64,000 bases of DNA from Vicinamibacteria bacterium. Lineage in GTDB: Bacteria > Acidobacteriota > Vicinamibacteria > Marinacidobacterales > Marinacidobacteraceae. The first letter of the stretch is position 1. Each line of letters opens with the position of its first letter. Below the pieces are notes generated by a model. The model was not told the origin of the DNA, did no database searches, and saw nothing but the letters and a program-made list of their open reading frames with translations. Shown piece by piece: positions 1 through 10,055 of the stretch. The translations under genes and the position numbers were made by a program. The stretch spans positions 2,752,001-2,816,000 of the forward strand of contig OY729431.1 of the NCBI GenBank assembly GCA_963422395.1. Reading direction: 5' to 3'.

Positions 1-366
1 TCGCGCGGTATGGGGTTCGGCAGCGAGGCGAGTGCGGGCGACGCGATCGAAGCCGCGCGGGCGACGAACGCGGTGGTCTATGCGATCGGTTTCGAAGGAA
101 ACGGAGCGCGAGTCAACAAACGGTTCTTGCGGAGTCTGGCCGAGGAAACCGGAGGGCAGGCGCTGTTTCCGGAACGGACCGGAGACCTGATCGGCAGCTT
201 CACCCGGATCGAAGCGGACATGCACGCCCGATACCGCCTCGCTTACATCCCGAAGAACGCCGGACGGGAAGGAGAGTGGCGCCGGATCGAGGTCTCGATC
301 CCGAATCGGCGGGATCTGACGGCTCGAACCCGGAGCGGCTATTACGCGTTTCCCGAGGAAGAGTAG
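1..366 (+). CDS. VWA domain-containing protein, C-terminal part (runs off the window start)
   Basis: VYAIG...LAEETGG...YRLAYIP...WRRIEV...RTRSGYY resembles the C-terminus of the acidobacterial VWFA-related domain; frame open to position 1. Confidence 0.75.
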   Translation, partial: SRGMGFGSEASAGDAIEAARATNAVVYAIGFEGNGARVNKRFLRSLAEETGGQALFPERTGDLIGSFTRIEADMHARYRLAYIPKNAGREGEWRRIEVSIPNRRDLTARTRSGYYAFPEEE

Positions 367-632
367 TCCGGCCGATCCAGCGCCCGGCTGCCGTCCGGTC
401 CCGTCCGCAGCCGGCGGGAGACCACCAGATAGCCCGTCACCGATCCGAACACGGCATACGGAGCCGCCAGCAGGAACAGGATCGCCCGGTTGAAACCGGC
501 GGCGGCCTCGGGGTTCTGTTCGAGCGCAGTGCGGCACATGGAGCACTGGGCGAATCCGGAATCGACCGAGAGCAGCACTGCGGTCGCGACCGCAGTGCCG
601 ATGGTGAGGAAACGGGCGGTTCGGGAAAGCAT
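342..632 (-). CDS. small membrane protein with AQCxxC motif, last gene of the oxidase operon
   Basis: ATG at 632 inside the 342..926 ORF gives a signal-like segment, AQCSMCR, then a TM helix (ILFLLAAPYAVFGSVTGYLVV). Confidence 0.7.
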   Translation of the reverse strand: MLSRTARFLTIGTAVATAVLLSVDSGFAQCSMCRTALEQNPEAAAGFNRAILFLLAAPYAVFGSVTGYLVVSRRLRTGPDGSRALDRPDYSSSGNA

Positions 633-664
633 CGAGTCCGCTGCTCGCGTCAGGTCGCGTCGCG

Positions 665-970
665 TCAGGGGGTGGTACTGCTCGCCAGGATGTGCGTTCC
701 ATCGTAGGCGGGCAGCACGAACATGAGAATGCTGGTCACGAAGAGCCCCACCAGAATCGTGAGGATCAGGCTCATGTGCTCGAACTTCAAGTGCATGTAA
801 TAGAAGATGATGAGCGTCGCCTTGATCGCCGAGCCGAACAGAAGCAGGACGACCGCAAGAGCAGCCGGTAGAGCCGCTCCCTCGATCGCGATCATGAGCA
901 GGGTAACGGTCAGCAGAACCGCCCACAGAATCCAGTAACCCCGGTAAGGGTGAGCCGTTTCGGTGGTCAC
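665..970 (-). CDS. ctaF: cytochrome c oxidase subunit IV
   Basis: three hydrophobic helices, KATLIIFYYMHLKFE motif, operon position. Confidence 0.85.
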   Translation of the reverse strand: MTTETAHPYRGYWILWAVLLTVTLLMIAIEGAALPAALAVVLLLFGSAIKATLIIFYYMHLKFEHMSLILTILVGLFVTSILMFVLPAYDGTHILASSTTP

Positions 971-1007
971 GAGGCGTCTCCTGGTGGGTGGTGGATGGAG
1001 TGCCCGC

Positions 1008-1613
1008 TCACACCAGATAGAAGAGGGCGAAAACGAAGACCCAGACGAGGTCCACGAAGTGCCAATAGAGACCGGCGTTCTCCACCCCGGCCGCCGAGTA
1101 CCGGCCCAGTGCCGAACGGATCGCCACCACCAGGAGCACGGTCACTCCGGTGAGAACATGAAATCCGTGGAAACCGGTGATGATGAAGAAGAACTGGCTG
1201 AAGGTGGGTGAGCCCCACGGATTCCCGTGGATCCCTCCGCCCTCGTGGATGAAGTGCGTCCATTCGTATACCTGCATCCCCAGGAATCCGAACCCGCCGA
1301 GGATGGTCAACCACAGACACAGGGTCACGGTCTTGCGCCGCTCGAGCTCCGCCGCCGCCACCGCGCACGCCATGGTGGCCGAAGAGCTGATGAGAACGAA
1401 GGTCATCGCCGCGATGTACGTCAGGCTGAAGACTTCGCTCTGTATCGGCCAATCTCCGGTCGCGATGCGCACTACCCCATAGCTGACCAGCAGGCCGGCG
1501 AACAGCAGGGCGTCGGTGACGATGAAGAACCACATCATCATCTTCTGCCAGGTCACGCCGAAGGGGCTGGCAGCGCCCCCCCAGTCGGCCTGGGCGATCG
1601 CGGTCTGGCTCAT
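1008..1613 (-). CDS. ctaE: cytochrome c oxidase subunit III
   Basis: MWFFIVTD, TGFHGFHV and GLYWHFVDLVW motifs. Confidence 0.93.
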   Translation of the reverse strand: MSQTAIAQADWGGAASPFGVTWQKMMMWFFIVTDALLFAGLLVSYGVVRIATGDWPIQSEVFSLTYIAAMTFVLISSSATMACAVAAAELERRKTVTLCLWLTILGGFGFLGMQVYEWTHFIHEGGGIHGNPWGSPTFSQFFFIITGFHGFHVLTGVTVLLVVAIRSALGRYSAAGVENAGLYWHFVDLVWVFVFALFYLV

Positions 1614-1671
1614 GCGTCCTCCTCTCCGGATGGGCCGCGGGCGAGCGGCGAATGACGGCGGTGCGCGACCA

Positions 1672-2274
1672 TCAACCGAAAAAAGTCAGGATGGCCAGCA
1701 GATAGATCCACAGGCATCCTACGAAATGCCAATAGATGGCGGTCAAGGTCGGCGCATCGGAGCGTCCGGGAACCAGGCGGCCGGCGGCAGCGAGTCCGAA
1801 CAGGACCAGCAGCGCCGCGACGCCGGCGAACAGATGTACTCCGTGCACGCCGGTCAACACGAAGAAGAACGAACTCTTCGGGTGGCTGCGAAGATAGACG
1901 CCTGATTCGTTCAGGGATATCCAGGCGGCGAACTGGCCGGCGAGAAAGCCGGTTCCAAGAGCTGCGGTAGCAGCACTCCACGAGCGGAACGACACGAGGC
2001 GGCCGCGCTGGAAGGCGCGGCGAGCCCTCTCGAGCGTCAGCGAACTCGCCAGGAGCAGCGCGGTGCTCAACCAGAGCACCGGAGGCAGATCGAGCGCCAC
2101 CCAGTCGCCCCCTCCGCTCCGAACCAGGTAGGCCGAGGTGAAGGCTGCGAACAGCATCGTGATCCCGCCGAGCCCGACGAGCAGACCGAGACGGTTGATG
2201 TGGGACCGGTCTCCGTACGATTCCACCGCGGCACCCGCCGCGGGAGCGACCGGTGTCAGGCTCGCACTGGTCAC
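1672..2274 (-). CDS. ctaE: cytochrome c oxidase subunit III, second copy
   Basis: MLFAAFTSAY, LTGVHGVHL and YWHFV motifs. Confidence 0.9.
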   Translation of the reverse strand: MTSASLTPVAPAAGAAVESYGDRSHINRLGLLVGLGGITMLFAAFTSAYLVRSGGGDWVALDLPPVLWLSTALLLASSLTLERARRAFQRGRLVSFRSWSAATAALGTGFLAGQFAAWISLNESGVYLRSHPKSSFFFVLTGVHGVHLFAGVAALLVLFGLAAAGRLVPGRSDAPTLTAIYWHFVGCLWIYLLAILTFFG

Positions 2275-2290
2275 GCCGACACGGCTCCCC

Positions 2291-4018
2291 TCAGGCTTCC
2301 CACTGCGGAGTGAAGTCCCGCTTCTTGCCGGGAAGGCTGTAGTCGTAGGGCCAGCGATGGGCCTCGGGGATCTCCCCCTCCCAGTTGCCGTGTCCCGGTT
2401 TCGCCGGAGTGGACCACTCGAGGCCTGCGGAATCCCAGGGATTCCCCGTGGCTTCGCGGCCCCGCCACATGCTCGCGAAGTAGTTGTAGAGGAAGAGCAA
2501 CTGGCCGGCGAACAGCACGAAAGCGGCGATCGTGATGAACAGGTTCACCGGCTGGAGCGGCTGCAGATACTCGTACACATTCGGGTCGTAGATGCGCCGC
2601 ATCATCCCCGAGACTCCGAGGTAGTGCATGGGGAAAAAGACCGCGTAGTAGGCGATGAAGGTGATCCAGAAATGGAGCTTGCCGAGCCGCTCGCTCAACA
2701 GCCGGCCGAACATCTTGGGATACCAGTAGTACACCGCAGCGAAAGCGCCGAAGAGGCCCGCTCCCGCCATGATGAAATGGAAGTGGCCGACCACGAAATA
2801 GGTATCGTGGAGTTGGATGTCCACCGCGTTCGTTCCGAGGAAGATGCCGGTGAGGCCGCCGGTCACGAACAGCGATACCACTCCCAGCGCAAACAGGGAA
2901 GCGCTGGTGAAACGGATCTTCGCCCGAGCGATGGTGAACAGCCAATTGAACGCTTTCACTGCCGAGGGGATCGCGATCGCGAGCGTGGTCACCACGAAAA
3001 GGCTGCCGAGGAACGGACTCATCCCGCTCACGAACATGTGGTGTCCCCAGACCAGGAAGCTCAGCGTGCCGATCGCCATGATCGCGTACACCATCGAGCG
3101 GTAACCGAAGATGGGCCGGCGGCAGAAGACCGCCAAGATGTCCGAGGTGAAACCCATCGCCGGCAGCATGATGATGTAGACCTCGGGGTGGCCGAGGAAC
3201 CAGAAGAGGTGTTGCCAGAGAAGCGGGGCGCCGCCTTCGTGCGGCATCAACGTGTCGCCGATGAAGATCCCGGCAGGAAGGAAGAAACTGGTACCGAGGG
3301 AGCGGTCGAAGGTGAGCAGGATGGCCCCGGCCGCGAGCGCGGGAAAGGACAGGAGGCCCAGGATCCCGACCACGAACTGCGCCCAGGTGGTCAACGGCAT
3401 CCGCATCAACCGGAGGCCTTTCGTCCTGAGGTTCAGGATCGTGACCACGAAGTTGAGACCGCCCATCGTGAACGACGCCACGAAGAAGATCATCCCGACG
3501 AGCCAGAGTGTCTGCCCGGCGGCGGACCCCGGAATGGCGCTTCGGATCGCTGAAAGGGGAGGGTAGGCGGTCCACCCCGAGGCGGCGGCGCCGCCTTCGA
3601 CGAAGAACGAGATGATGATGATGACCGCCCCTGGAACCACGGTCCAGAACGACAGCATGTTCAGAAACGGAAACGCCATGTCCCGCGCGCCGATCTGCAG
3701 CGGTATCAGGAAGTTTCCGAAACCGCTGACCGGAAGCAGCGAGAGGAGGAAGAACACCATGATCGTGCCGTGCATCGTGAACAGCGACACATAGAACTCG
3801 GGAGTCATGATCCCGCCGGCCATGCCGACCGGGAACAGGTTCTCGAGGAATGGCCAGGGTTTCGATGGAAAGCCGAGCTGAAGCCGGATCAGCACCGCGA
3901 GGATTCCGCCGATGAAACCCATCGTCATGGCGAGCGTGAAGTACTGCTTGCCGATCATCTTGTGATCGAAGCTGAAGATGTACTTGCTCACGAAGCTTTG
4001 CTTGCCGCCGTGCTCCAT
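2291..4018 (-). CDS. ctaD: cytochrome c oxidase subunit I, A1 type
   Basis: DHKMIG, MHGTIM, WFLGHPEVY, VWGHHMF, HDTYFVVGHFH, MMRR. Confidence 0.97.
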   Translation of the reverse strand: MEHGGKQSFVSKYIFSFDHKMIGKQYFTLAMTMGFIGGILAVLIRLQLGFPSKPWPFLENLFPVGMAGGIMTPEFYVSLFTMHGTIMVFFLLSLLPVSGFGNFLIPLQIGARDMAFPFLNMLSFWTVVPGAVIIIISFFVEGGAAASGWTAYPPLSAIRSAIPGSAAGQTLWLVGMIFFVASFTMGGLNFVVTILNLRTKGLRLMRMPLTTWAQFVVGILGLLSFPALAAGAILLTFDRSLGTSFFLPAGIFIGDTLMPHEGGAPLLWQHLFWFLGHPEVYIIMLPAMGFTSDILAVFCRRPIFGYRSMVYAIMAIGTLSFLVWGHHMFVSGMSPFLGSLFVVTTLAIAIPSAVKAFNWLFTIARAKIRFTSASLFALGVVSLFVTGGLTGIFLGTNAVDIQLHDTYFVVGHFHFIMAGAGLFGAFAAVYYWYPKMFGRLLSERLGKLHFWITFIAYYAVFFPMHYLGVSGMMRRIYDPNVYEYLQPLQPVNLFITIAAFVLFAGQLLFLYNYFASMWRGREATGNPWDSAGLEWSTPAKPGHGNWEGEIPEAHRWPYDYSLPGKKRDFTPQWEA

Positions 4019-4101
4019 CGCTCTTCTCCAGTCGCCTTTTCTCGTGGGTCTCTGCCGGTCCTTCGATCCTTGCGCTTGCGCCGTTCCCTACTGCCTCGCC
4101 A

Positions 4102-5001
4102 CTACCTCGCCGCCGGGGTGGAAACGTCTCCACTCCCATCCAGCCCGCCCCCGAGGTCCGCACCGGGCGCCGGCGAGGCCGCCGGCGGCAACGGGGCGTT
4201 TTCGGTGAACCAAGCTTCGTAGTCGGCCTCTTCCATCACTTCCAGGAAAGCCCGCATCCGGTAATGGCCAAGCCCGCAAAGCTCGGCACAAGCCACCTCG
4301 TAACTGCCGACCTTGATCGGCGTGAACCATACCTCGGTCGTCATTCCCGGCACGAGATCCTGCTTGACGCGGAAGTTCGGAAGGAAGAAAGCATGCTGGA
4401 CATCCTTCGACCGCAGCAGAATGCGGGCGGGGCGCCCCACCGGCAGGACCAGCTGGTTGGTGAGGACCCAGTCGTCGTCGGCCGCAGCGTCGCTCTCGTC
4501 GAGTCCGACCTGGTTGTCTATGGCGTAGAGCTGCGGATCGAACCTTCCGAACTCTCCGTCGGCACCGGGATAGTGGAAGTCCCACTGGAATTGCGCGCCG
4601 ACCGCCATCACGGTGACCGCATCCTCCGGTGCCGGCGCCCTCACCCGATCCCAATAGGCGAGTCCGGTGAGGACGATGGGGACGAGGATGACCGCGGTAC
4701 CGATGGTCCAGGTGAGTTCGAGCCAGCGGCTCTCATGCCAGTGACTCGATTCGGCCCCCGGCCGATCTCCCCGATAGCGATAGATCACCCATCCGAGCGC
4801 AAGCTGGAACAGCACATAGGCGACTCCGGTGATCGCCAGGATCACATAGAACAGGGTGTCCAGGTACTCCCGGTCCGACGCCAATTCGGGGACGCCGTAG
4901 CGCAGGAAATAGAACACCGAGACCAGGACGATCAACCAGATGGCGACCGCCATGGCGATGCCCTGGAGACTTCCCCGGTTCCCTCGCGCTTCATCGGCCA
5001 T
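4102..5001 (-). CDS. ctaC: cytochrome c oxidase subunit II (CuA), with no fused cytochrome c
   Basis: DVQHAF and CAELCGLGHYRM CuA ligands; N-terminal TM helices; no CxxCH. Confidence 0.95.
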   Translation of the reverse strand: MADEARGNRGSLQGIAMAVAIWLIVLVSVFYFLRYGVPELASDREYLDTLFYVILAITGVAYVLFQLALGWVIYRYRGDRPGAESSHWHESRWLELTWTIGTAVILVPIVLTGLAYWDRVRAPAPEDAVTVMAVGAQFQWDFHYPGADGEFGRFDPQLYAIDNQVGLDESDAAADDDWVLTNQLVLPVGRPARILLRSKDVQHAFFLPNFRVKQDLVPGMTTEVWFTPIKVGSYEVACAELCGLGHYRMRAFLEVMEEADYEAWFTENAPLPPAASPAPGADLGGGLDGSGDVSTPAAR

Positions 5002-5106
5002 TCGAGTCTTCTCCTGCGAACCGCGACCGTGACTTTTCGCCGCAGCGGGGTTTCCTGACGCTCCGGATCACACGCCGCCGCCGCCGCTGCGATCCCGATT
5101 CCTTTC

Positions 5107-5170
5107 GGACACTTCCGAACCCGAGCATTTCCGCATCCGGACACTTCCGCATCCGGACACTTCCACATCC
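5107..5170. repeat. intergenic tandem repeat, 4 x 16 bp (consensus GGACACTTCCGCATCC)
   Basis: units ggacacttccgaaccc / gagcatttccgcatcc / ggacacttccgcatcc / ggacacttccacatcc. Confidence 0.85.
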
Positions 5171-5201
5171 CGAGCGAAATCCGATGGGGGTGCCATTGCG
5201 A

Positions 5202-8009
5202 TCAACGCTCGTAATTCATGATGTAGGAGGCGACTGCGCGCATCTGTGCCATCGGGTCGCCGTCCAGAACATCCGGAAGCGCCGTCAACCGATTCCCCTC
5301 CTGGTCTGTGGGCCAGAATTGCGGCATCTGGGTTCCCGGAGTGATCGACTGCGGATCGAGAAGCCAGTCCACGATCCAGTCGTGGGTGAGCCGTTCGCCG
5401 GAAAGGCGGAAGGACGGAGCCAGCTGGGAAGCCTCCATCGTGCCCTCGGCGGAAGCGAGATGGCAAAGCTCGCACTGCAGCTGGTCGAGCAGACTCGCCC
5501 CCAACCGCAGCTCCATCCGGTCATGGACCCGCTCCTGCTCGGCGTCGAACGGCTGGGCTCCGTCCATCGCGAGAAAGCCGGAGACCAGGGTGTTCGCCTC
5601 GCCCGGGGTGAACCCGAAGGTCGGCATCCGGACATTCATCCAGAAGCGGACCTCTTCCGGCTCTCGAAGGAAGTGGTAGAGCCAATCTGCCTGGGTCCGC
5701 TTTCCCTGGGTGTTGAGATTCGGCGGGCGCATCCCGGTGTCTTCCAGGGTTTCGTAGATCCCGCCGCCGACGCCGTCGATCAGATGACAGGCGCGGCAGT
5801 TGTAGTCGTGGATCAGGTTTCTGGCCCGTTCGGCAACCGATTCGGCCGCCGAAAGCGTCTTGACCCCTTCCAGCGGAAATTCGTCGCGTACCAGCCCGAG
5901 GACCGTTCGCACGACATGTTTCCGATCGCTGTCGGAGAAGCCGAACGAAGGCATCCGCAGTTTTTCGCCCGGGCTTTTGACTTTCCCCCGGTCGAAGCTC
6001 CGGGGAGCGGCGAGCTTCTGTTCCAGCCAGGACTGCCGGGTGTGGGAGATGTCCACATATCCGAAATCCAGCCGGGTAACCATCTTGGAGCCCCAAGTGG
6101 AGAGGTCCACCCCGATCTTCTGTGCCTCCTCGAAACCGGCGATGTCATGGCAGCCGAAGCAGCCATATCGTCGGATGAGCCGTTCGCCCGAGTAGAGGAG
6201 CTTCTCCTCCGGAGGCATCCGATCGAGCCGTTCGGTGGCCAGCGCGTCAGGAAGGCCGGTTTTCAGGAACTCGAGGGTGATGTCGTCGAGCTGCTCCGGA
6301 TCCGCCGCGGGAACTTCCAGGGCGTCGAAGGCCGGAGCCTCGCGCACCATCAGCCACGAAGTGATGTCCGCCGCTTCCTGATCGGTGAGGCGCAGACTGG
6401 GCATGAAGGTCTCTTCCCAGTAGTGCCGGGGCTCCTTGATCCACTCGTAGAGGAACCCGGCTTCGAGTTTGCTCCCGATGCCGGTCAGCGCCGGACCGCG
6501 GCGCCGATAGATGCTCGCCTGTTCGTAGTCGTCCTCGTCGAGGAGATGGCAGCCCTGGCAGCCGATCTCGTTCACCAGATCTTCGCCGCGGGAAGGATTG
6601 CCCCGAGGCGGCGGCGCGTAGGAGGACTCACTCGCGGCGCTATCGAAGATGTACTCGACGATGGCCGCGATCTCGGTGTCGTTCCGACGCTTCTGCGCCG
6701 CATCGGGATTGTTTTCGAGGTTCCAGAAGCGCGGCATCCAGGTCGAGGGCCGAAAGGCCTGGGGGTCGCGCACCCAACGCGCCACGAAGTCCCGGTCCGT
6801 CTTGGCAGGGATCCGTTTCAGGGAGGGCCCGCGCTTCCGCGCGTCTTCGTAACCGGTGGTGTTGTGGCATCCCCAGCACCCGGCGAGTTCGAAAGTCAGT
6901 CGGCTCTGGTTCAGGTCCACCGCCTGCGGAAGGAATACCTGGTCGCGGTGACACTTGACACAGCCGGCTTCCGTCAGGCCTGCCTGGTACATCGGGCTGT
7001 CCCAGTAATGGTCTTCCTTCCAGCCGTACCTCCGGACCCACTCGTGCTCTTCCTCCTCCGTTTCGGGCGTGTGGGTAGCGCCGCTGAAGGTCAGTTTGCG
7101 GCCCCGCCCCAGATGGCAGGAGGTGCATCCGAAGTCATCCAGCGGATGTGCGGACTCGCGGCTCACATAGGTTTCGAGCTCCGGGTGCGCGGTGAATGGC
7201 TGCGGAGCGTCCGCGTACTCCGGATCGTCGATTCCGAGGTGACAACTCTGGCATCGGTCGATTCGAGGAACCTGGGCGAAGTTGAGTTCCTCGGTCACAT
7301 TGCGGACGAGGACCTGCCGCACCTCGATGGACGGATCGATGAAATCCACGAGCGGAAGATTGCGGAAAGTATTCGGAAAGTTCTCGGCGAGGGTGTCCAG
7401 TTTGCGGCGGGCGAGCGTCACCGACTGGGTGAGCCGTTCGCGTTCGGCGGTCAGCTCACTGACGCTCGATCGGAGCTCCCGCATTTCGGAACGCTTGGCG
7501 GCCAGGTCGTAGTCGAGCGAGACCCGCAGGTCGCGAGCTTCGAAGAAGCTCGCCTCGAGAGCGGTGAATTCCTCGTCGCTCACCGCCCGCCCGAGGGGCG
7601 TCCCGCGCTCGCGCGTCTCCTCGTAGTAGAACTTGTCGGAGTCGTACACCGCCTTGATCTCGCGCTCCCGGATGTCCGCCAACGCGCGGCGCTCGTCGAT
7701 AGCCGCGATCTCGGCTTCCACGCCATCGAGCAGACCCTGTTCGGCCGCCAGGGCGTTCTCGGCTTCCTGGAGTTCCGACTCGACTCTCTGAAGGTCCGCC
7801 TGATCGATGGTCTGCCGGGCCTCCTGCATCTGCCGGGCGGCGAGCTCGCGTTCCATCTGGAAGAACTGGCGCTGATACCCCTTCCACTCCCTGGAATAGT
7901 CTGCCCAGATCATCCAGAGCGCCGAACCGAGCAGAAGGATGCTCGAAACGGCGAAGATGAGATTCAGCCGCCCGATGTCGTGGGCGTGGCCGGGTGCGAC
8001 TTTGGACAA
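5202..8009 (-). CDS. membrane-anchored octaheme cytochrome c, subunit of the Rieske/cyt b complex
   Basis: N-terminal TM helix, long coiled coil, 8 CxxCH motifs (CQSCH, CTSCH, CVKCH, CWGCH, CQGCH, CFGCH, CRACH, CELCH). Confidence 0.92.
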   Translation of the reverse strand: MSKVAPGHAHDIGRLNLIFAVSSILLLGSALWMIWADYSREWKGYQRQFFQMERELAARQMQEARQTIDQADLQRVESELQEAENALAAEQGLLDGVEAEIAAIDERRALADIREREIKAVYDSDKFYYEETRERGTPLGRAVSDEEFTALEASFFEARDLRVSLDYDLAAKRSEMRELRSSVSELTAERERLTQSVTLARRKLDTLAENFPNTFRNLPLVDFIDPSIEVRQVLVRNVTEELNFAQVPRIDRCQSCHLGIDDPEYADAPQPFTAHPELETYVSRESAHPLDDFGCTSCHLGRGRKLTFSGATHTPETEEEEHEWVRRYGWKEDHYWDSPMYQAGLTEAGCVKCHRDQVFLPQAVDLNQSRLTFELAGCWGCHNTTGYEDARKRGPSLKRIPAKTDRDFVARWVRDPQAFRPSTWMPRFWNLENNPDAAQKRRNDTEIAAIVEYIFDSAASESSYAPPPRGNPSRGEDLVNEIGCQGCHLLDEDDYEQASIYRRRGPALTGIGSKLEAGFLYEWIKEPRHYWEETFMPSLRLTDQEAADITSWLMVREAPAFDALEVPAADPEQLDDITLEFLKTGLPDALATERLDRMPPEEKLLYSGERLIRRYGCFGCHDIAGFEEAQKIGVDLSTWGSKMVTRLDFGYVDISHTRQSWLEQKLAAPRSFDRGKVKSPGEKLRMPSFGFSDSDRKHVVRTVLGLVRDEFPLEGVKTLSAAESVAERARNLIHDYNCRACHLIDGVGGGIYETLEDTGMRPPNLNTQGKRTQADWLYHFLREPEEVRFWMNVRMPTFGFTPGEANTLVSGFLAMDGAQPFDAEQERVHDRMELRLGASLLDQLQCELCHLASAEGTMEASQLAPSFRLSGERLTHDWIVDWLLDPQSITPGTQMPQFWPTDQEGNRLTALPDVLDGDPMAQMRAVASYIMNYER

Positions 8010-8069
8010 GGGGGTTTTCTTTTCGGCTCGAACGGCGAGGTATTCGTCGGAGTGTCTGGGTCCGGGAGG

Positions 8070-9191
8070 TCAGATATTGAAGAAGATCTCCGGAAAGGCG
8101 ACGATGTACTTCAGATTGAAAGCCCACCGCAGATACATCTTGATCGGCAAGCTCATCATCATCAGGAACAGGCTGACCCCCACGAAATACCGTGGCGCGC
8201 CCATCTTCTCATAGTAGTGGTGCAGACTCAGCCATCGGAGCCCGGCAGGGAACCGGGCCTTCGGCCAGGCCATGATCAACGGCAGGGCGAACAGATAGAA
8301 ACCCACCATCAGGATGCCCAGCCACTCGCGGAGCAACGCGGCGAAGAATCCACCCGAAGGCAGCGGTCGTCCGAGCATCTTCACCCAGAAGAAGTCGGAG
8401 ATGTTCACATTCAGGAGCGGCTCCACCCGGTGCACATCCCAGTACTCATAAGGGCCGAAGAAATTCCAGTTCGGCCCTCTCAGGAAGGTGCCCGAGATCA
8501 CCAGCAGACACCAGAGGATCAGGAAGCCGAAGAGGAAGATCACGATCTCCGCCTTTCGCTCCCTGAAGGTGAAGTAGCCGTTTCCCTTCGGATTCGTATC
8601 GATGAAGGGGATGGCGATCAACCCCACGATGATGAGAGTCGGAAAGACGACCCCCGCAAGCCAGGGGTCGAAATAGACGAGCATCTCCTGTAGTCCCAGG
8701 AAGTACCAGGGCGCTTTCGAGGGATTCGGGGAGTCCGCCGGGTTCGCCGGCTGCTCGAGCGGGGCCGCCGCCAGGATGGACCAGACGACGAGAACGACAC
8801 TGAGCAGCACCATCGCCAGCATCTCGGTATAGACCAGATCGGGCCATACCCAGACCTTCTCCGATTCTTTCTTCTCCAGAACCTCTTCTTCGGCTTCGGT
8901 TCGCCGGTCGTTCTCGACTGCCTGGTGCATCGCATACCAGGTGAAGAAGAACACCAGGAAGATCACCCCGGTGATCGGAATATTGTCTGCCTTGGCGACG
9001 ATCAGGAAGAAATCGGGGTTCCACATGCTCGCCACATAGAAGGCAGCGAGCAGCGCGAAGAAGACTTTCGCGGAGGTCTTGCTCCAGACTTTCGTGAACC
9101 GGAAGGCGAGCAGAAGGCCGACCGTGGAAATCGTGAAGAGGACTGTGGGCCCCGAGGCCCAGTTCACGAGGTCCTGAAAAACGGCGATCAT
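8070..9191 (-). CDS. cytochrome b subunit IV-like (PetD/QcrC-type) with extra TM helices
   Basis: WPDL, APLEQPANP...PNPSKAPWYFLGLQE (PEWY-equivalent). Confidence 0.88.
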   Translation of the reverse strand: MIAVFQDLVNWASGPTVLFTISTVGLLLAFRFTKVWSKTSAKVFFALLAAFYVASMWNPDFFLIVAKADNIPITGVIFLVFFFTWYAMHQAVENDRRTEAEEEVLEKKESEKVWVWPDLVYTEMLAMVLLSVVLVVWSILAAAPLEQPANPADSPNPSKAPWYFLGLQEMLVYFDPWLAGVVFPTLIIVGLIAIPFIDTNPKGNGYFTFRERKAEIVIFLFGFLILWCLLVISGTFLRGPNWNFFGPYEYWDVHRVEPLLNVNISDFFWVKMLGRPLPSGGFFAALLREWLGILMVGFYLFALPLIMAWPKARFPAGLRWLSLHHYYEKMGAPRYFVGVSLFLMMMSLPIKMYLRWAFNLKYIVAFPEIFFNI

Positions 9192-9238
9192 TCCCTAGCA
9201 ACTGTCGGAAGTCGTCATCCTGCGGGCTCCGGGCGGGC

Positions 9239-10039
9239 CTATAGCGGCCCGGAAATCCCCCCGTCCTTGCGGACCCGCCAGAAATGGACCGCCATGAGGA
9301 ACGCCGCGATCAACGGCAGCCCCACGCAATGGAGCACATAGAACCGGAGCAGGGTCGGCTGACCCACCGACCGCGCCCCGAGGAGGGCGAAACGAGCGTC
9401 GTTCCCGGAATTGATGAGGTTGATGTCGCCGAGCGTCAGCGACGCGGAAAGCGGCCCCTCGGTGCCGAGCAGCGGCGTCGCTCGCGCCATGTTGGAACCC
9501 ACCGTGATCGCCCAGATCGCCAGCTGATCCCAGGGGAGCAGATAGCCGGTGAACGAAAGCAGGAGAGTCAGGACCAGCAGGACGACGCCGATACCCCAGT
9601 TGAACTCTCGGGGCGGTTTGTAGGAGCCGGTCATGAACACGCGCAGCATGTGGAGCCACACCGTGATCACCATCGCGTGCGCTCCCCAGCGATGGAGTTC
9701 ACGCATGATGCCGAGCGGAACATGCTCCTGGAGGTCCACGATGTCGGCATAGGCGTACTCCACCGTGGGCCGGTAATAGAACATCAGCAGCAGCCCGGTG
9801 AAGGTGAGCGCCAGGAACAGGAAGAAGGTGATTCCCCCCATGCACCAGGTGTAGCGGAGCTTGATCCCCGCCTTCCGCGATTTGACCGGGTGCAAGTGCA
9901 AGAACACATTGCTCATCATCACCAGCGCCCGGTTCCGGTTGCTGACCGGCTTGCCGTGACGGAAGATGGACGACCAGATCTGCGAGTCGGTCGCCTCCTT
10001 CCACGCGCCGCGAAGGGGCCCCAGGATGCGGTTCAGCAC
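9239..10039 (-). CDS. petB: cytochrome b6-like N-terminal subunit
   Basis: WCMGG (heme ci Cys), HRWGAH...[16 protein letters not shown]...VHF heme ligands. Confidence 0.93.
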   Translation of the reverse strand: MLNRILGPLRGAWKEATDSQIWSSIFRHGKPVSNRNRALVMMSNVFLHLHPVKSRKAGIKLRYTWCMGGITFFLFLALTFTGLLLMFYYRPTVEYAYADIVDLQEHVPLGIMRELHRWGAHAMVITVWLHMLRVFMTGSYKPPREFNWGIGVVLLVLTLLLSFTGYLLPWDQLAIWAITVGSNMARATPLLGTEGPLSASLTLGDINLINSGNDARFALLGARSVGQPTLLRFYVLHCVGLPLIAAFLMAVHFWRVRKDGGISGPL

Positions 10040-10055
10040 GGCGCCCCTCTCCGGA

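Noticed and set aside
5107-5170. Tandem repeat as a possible CRISPR array
   Set aside because: 16-bp contiguous units with no spacers and no cas genes
5202-8009. Octaheme as an HAO, ONR or OTR-type catalytic enzyme
   Set aside because: No CxxCK; most hemes are widely spaced and followed by GP.L and MP.F motifs typical of class I electron-transfer domains
5184-8693. 1169-aa plus-strand ORF (similarly 46999..50511, 37033..40242, 2138..3553, 24349..26103)
   Set aside because: Antisense shadows of well-supported genes, expected at high GC3; no motifs
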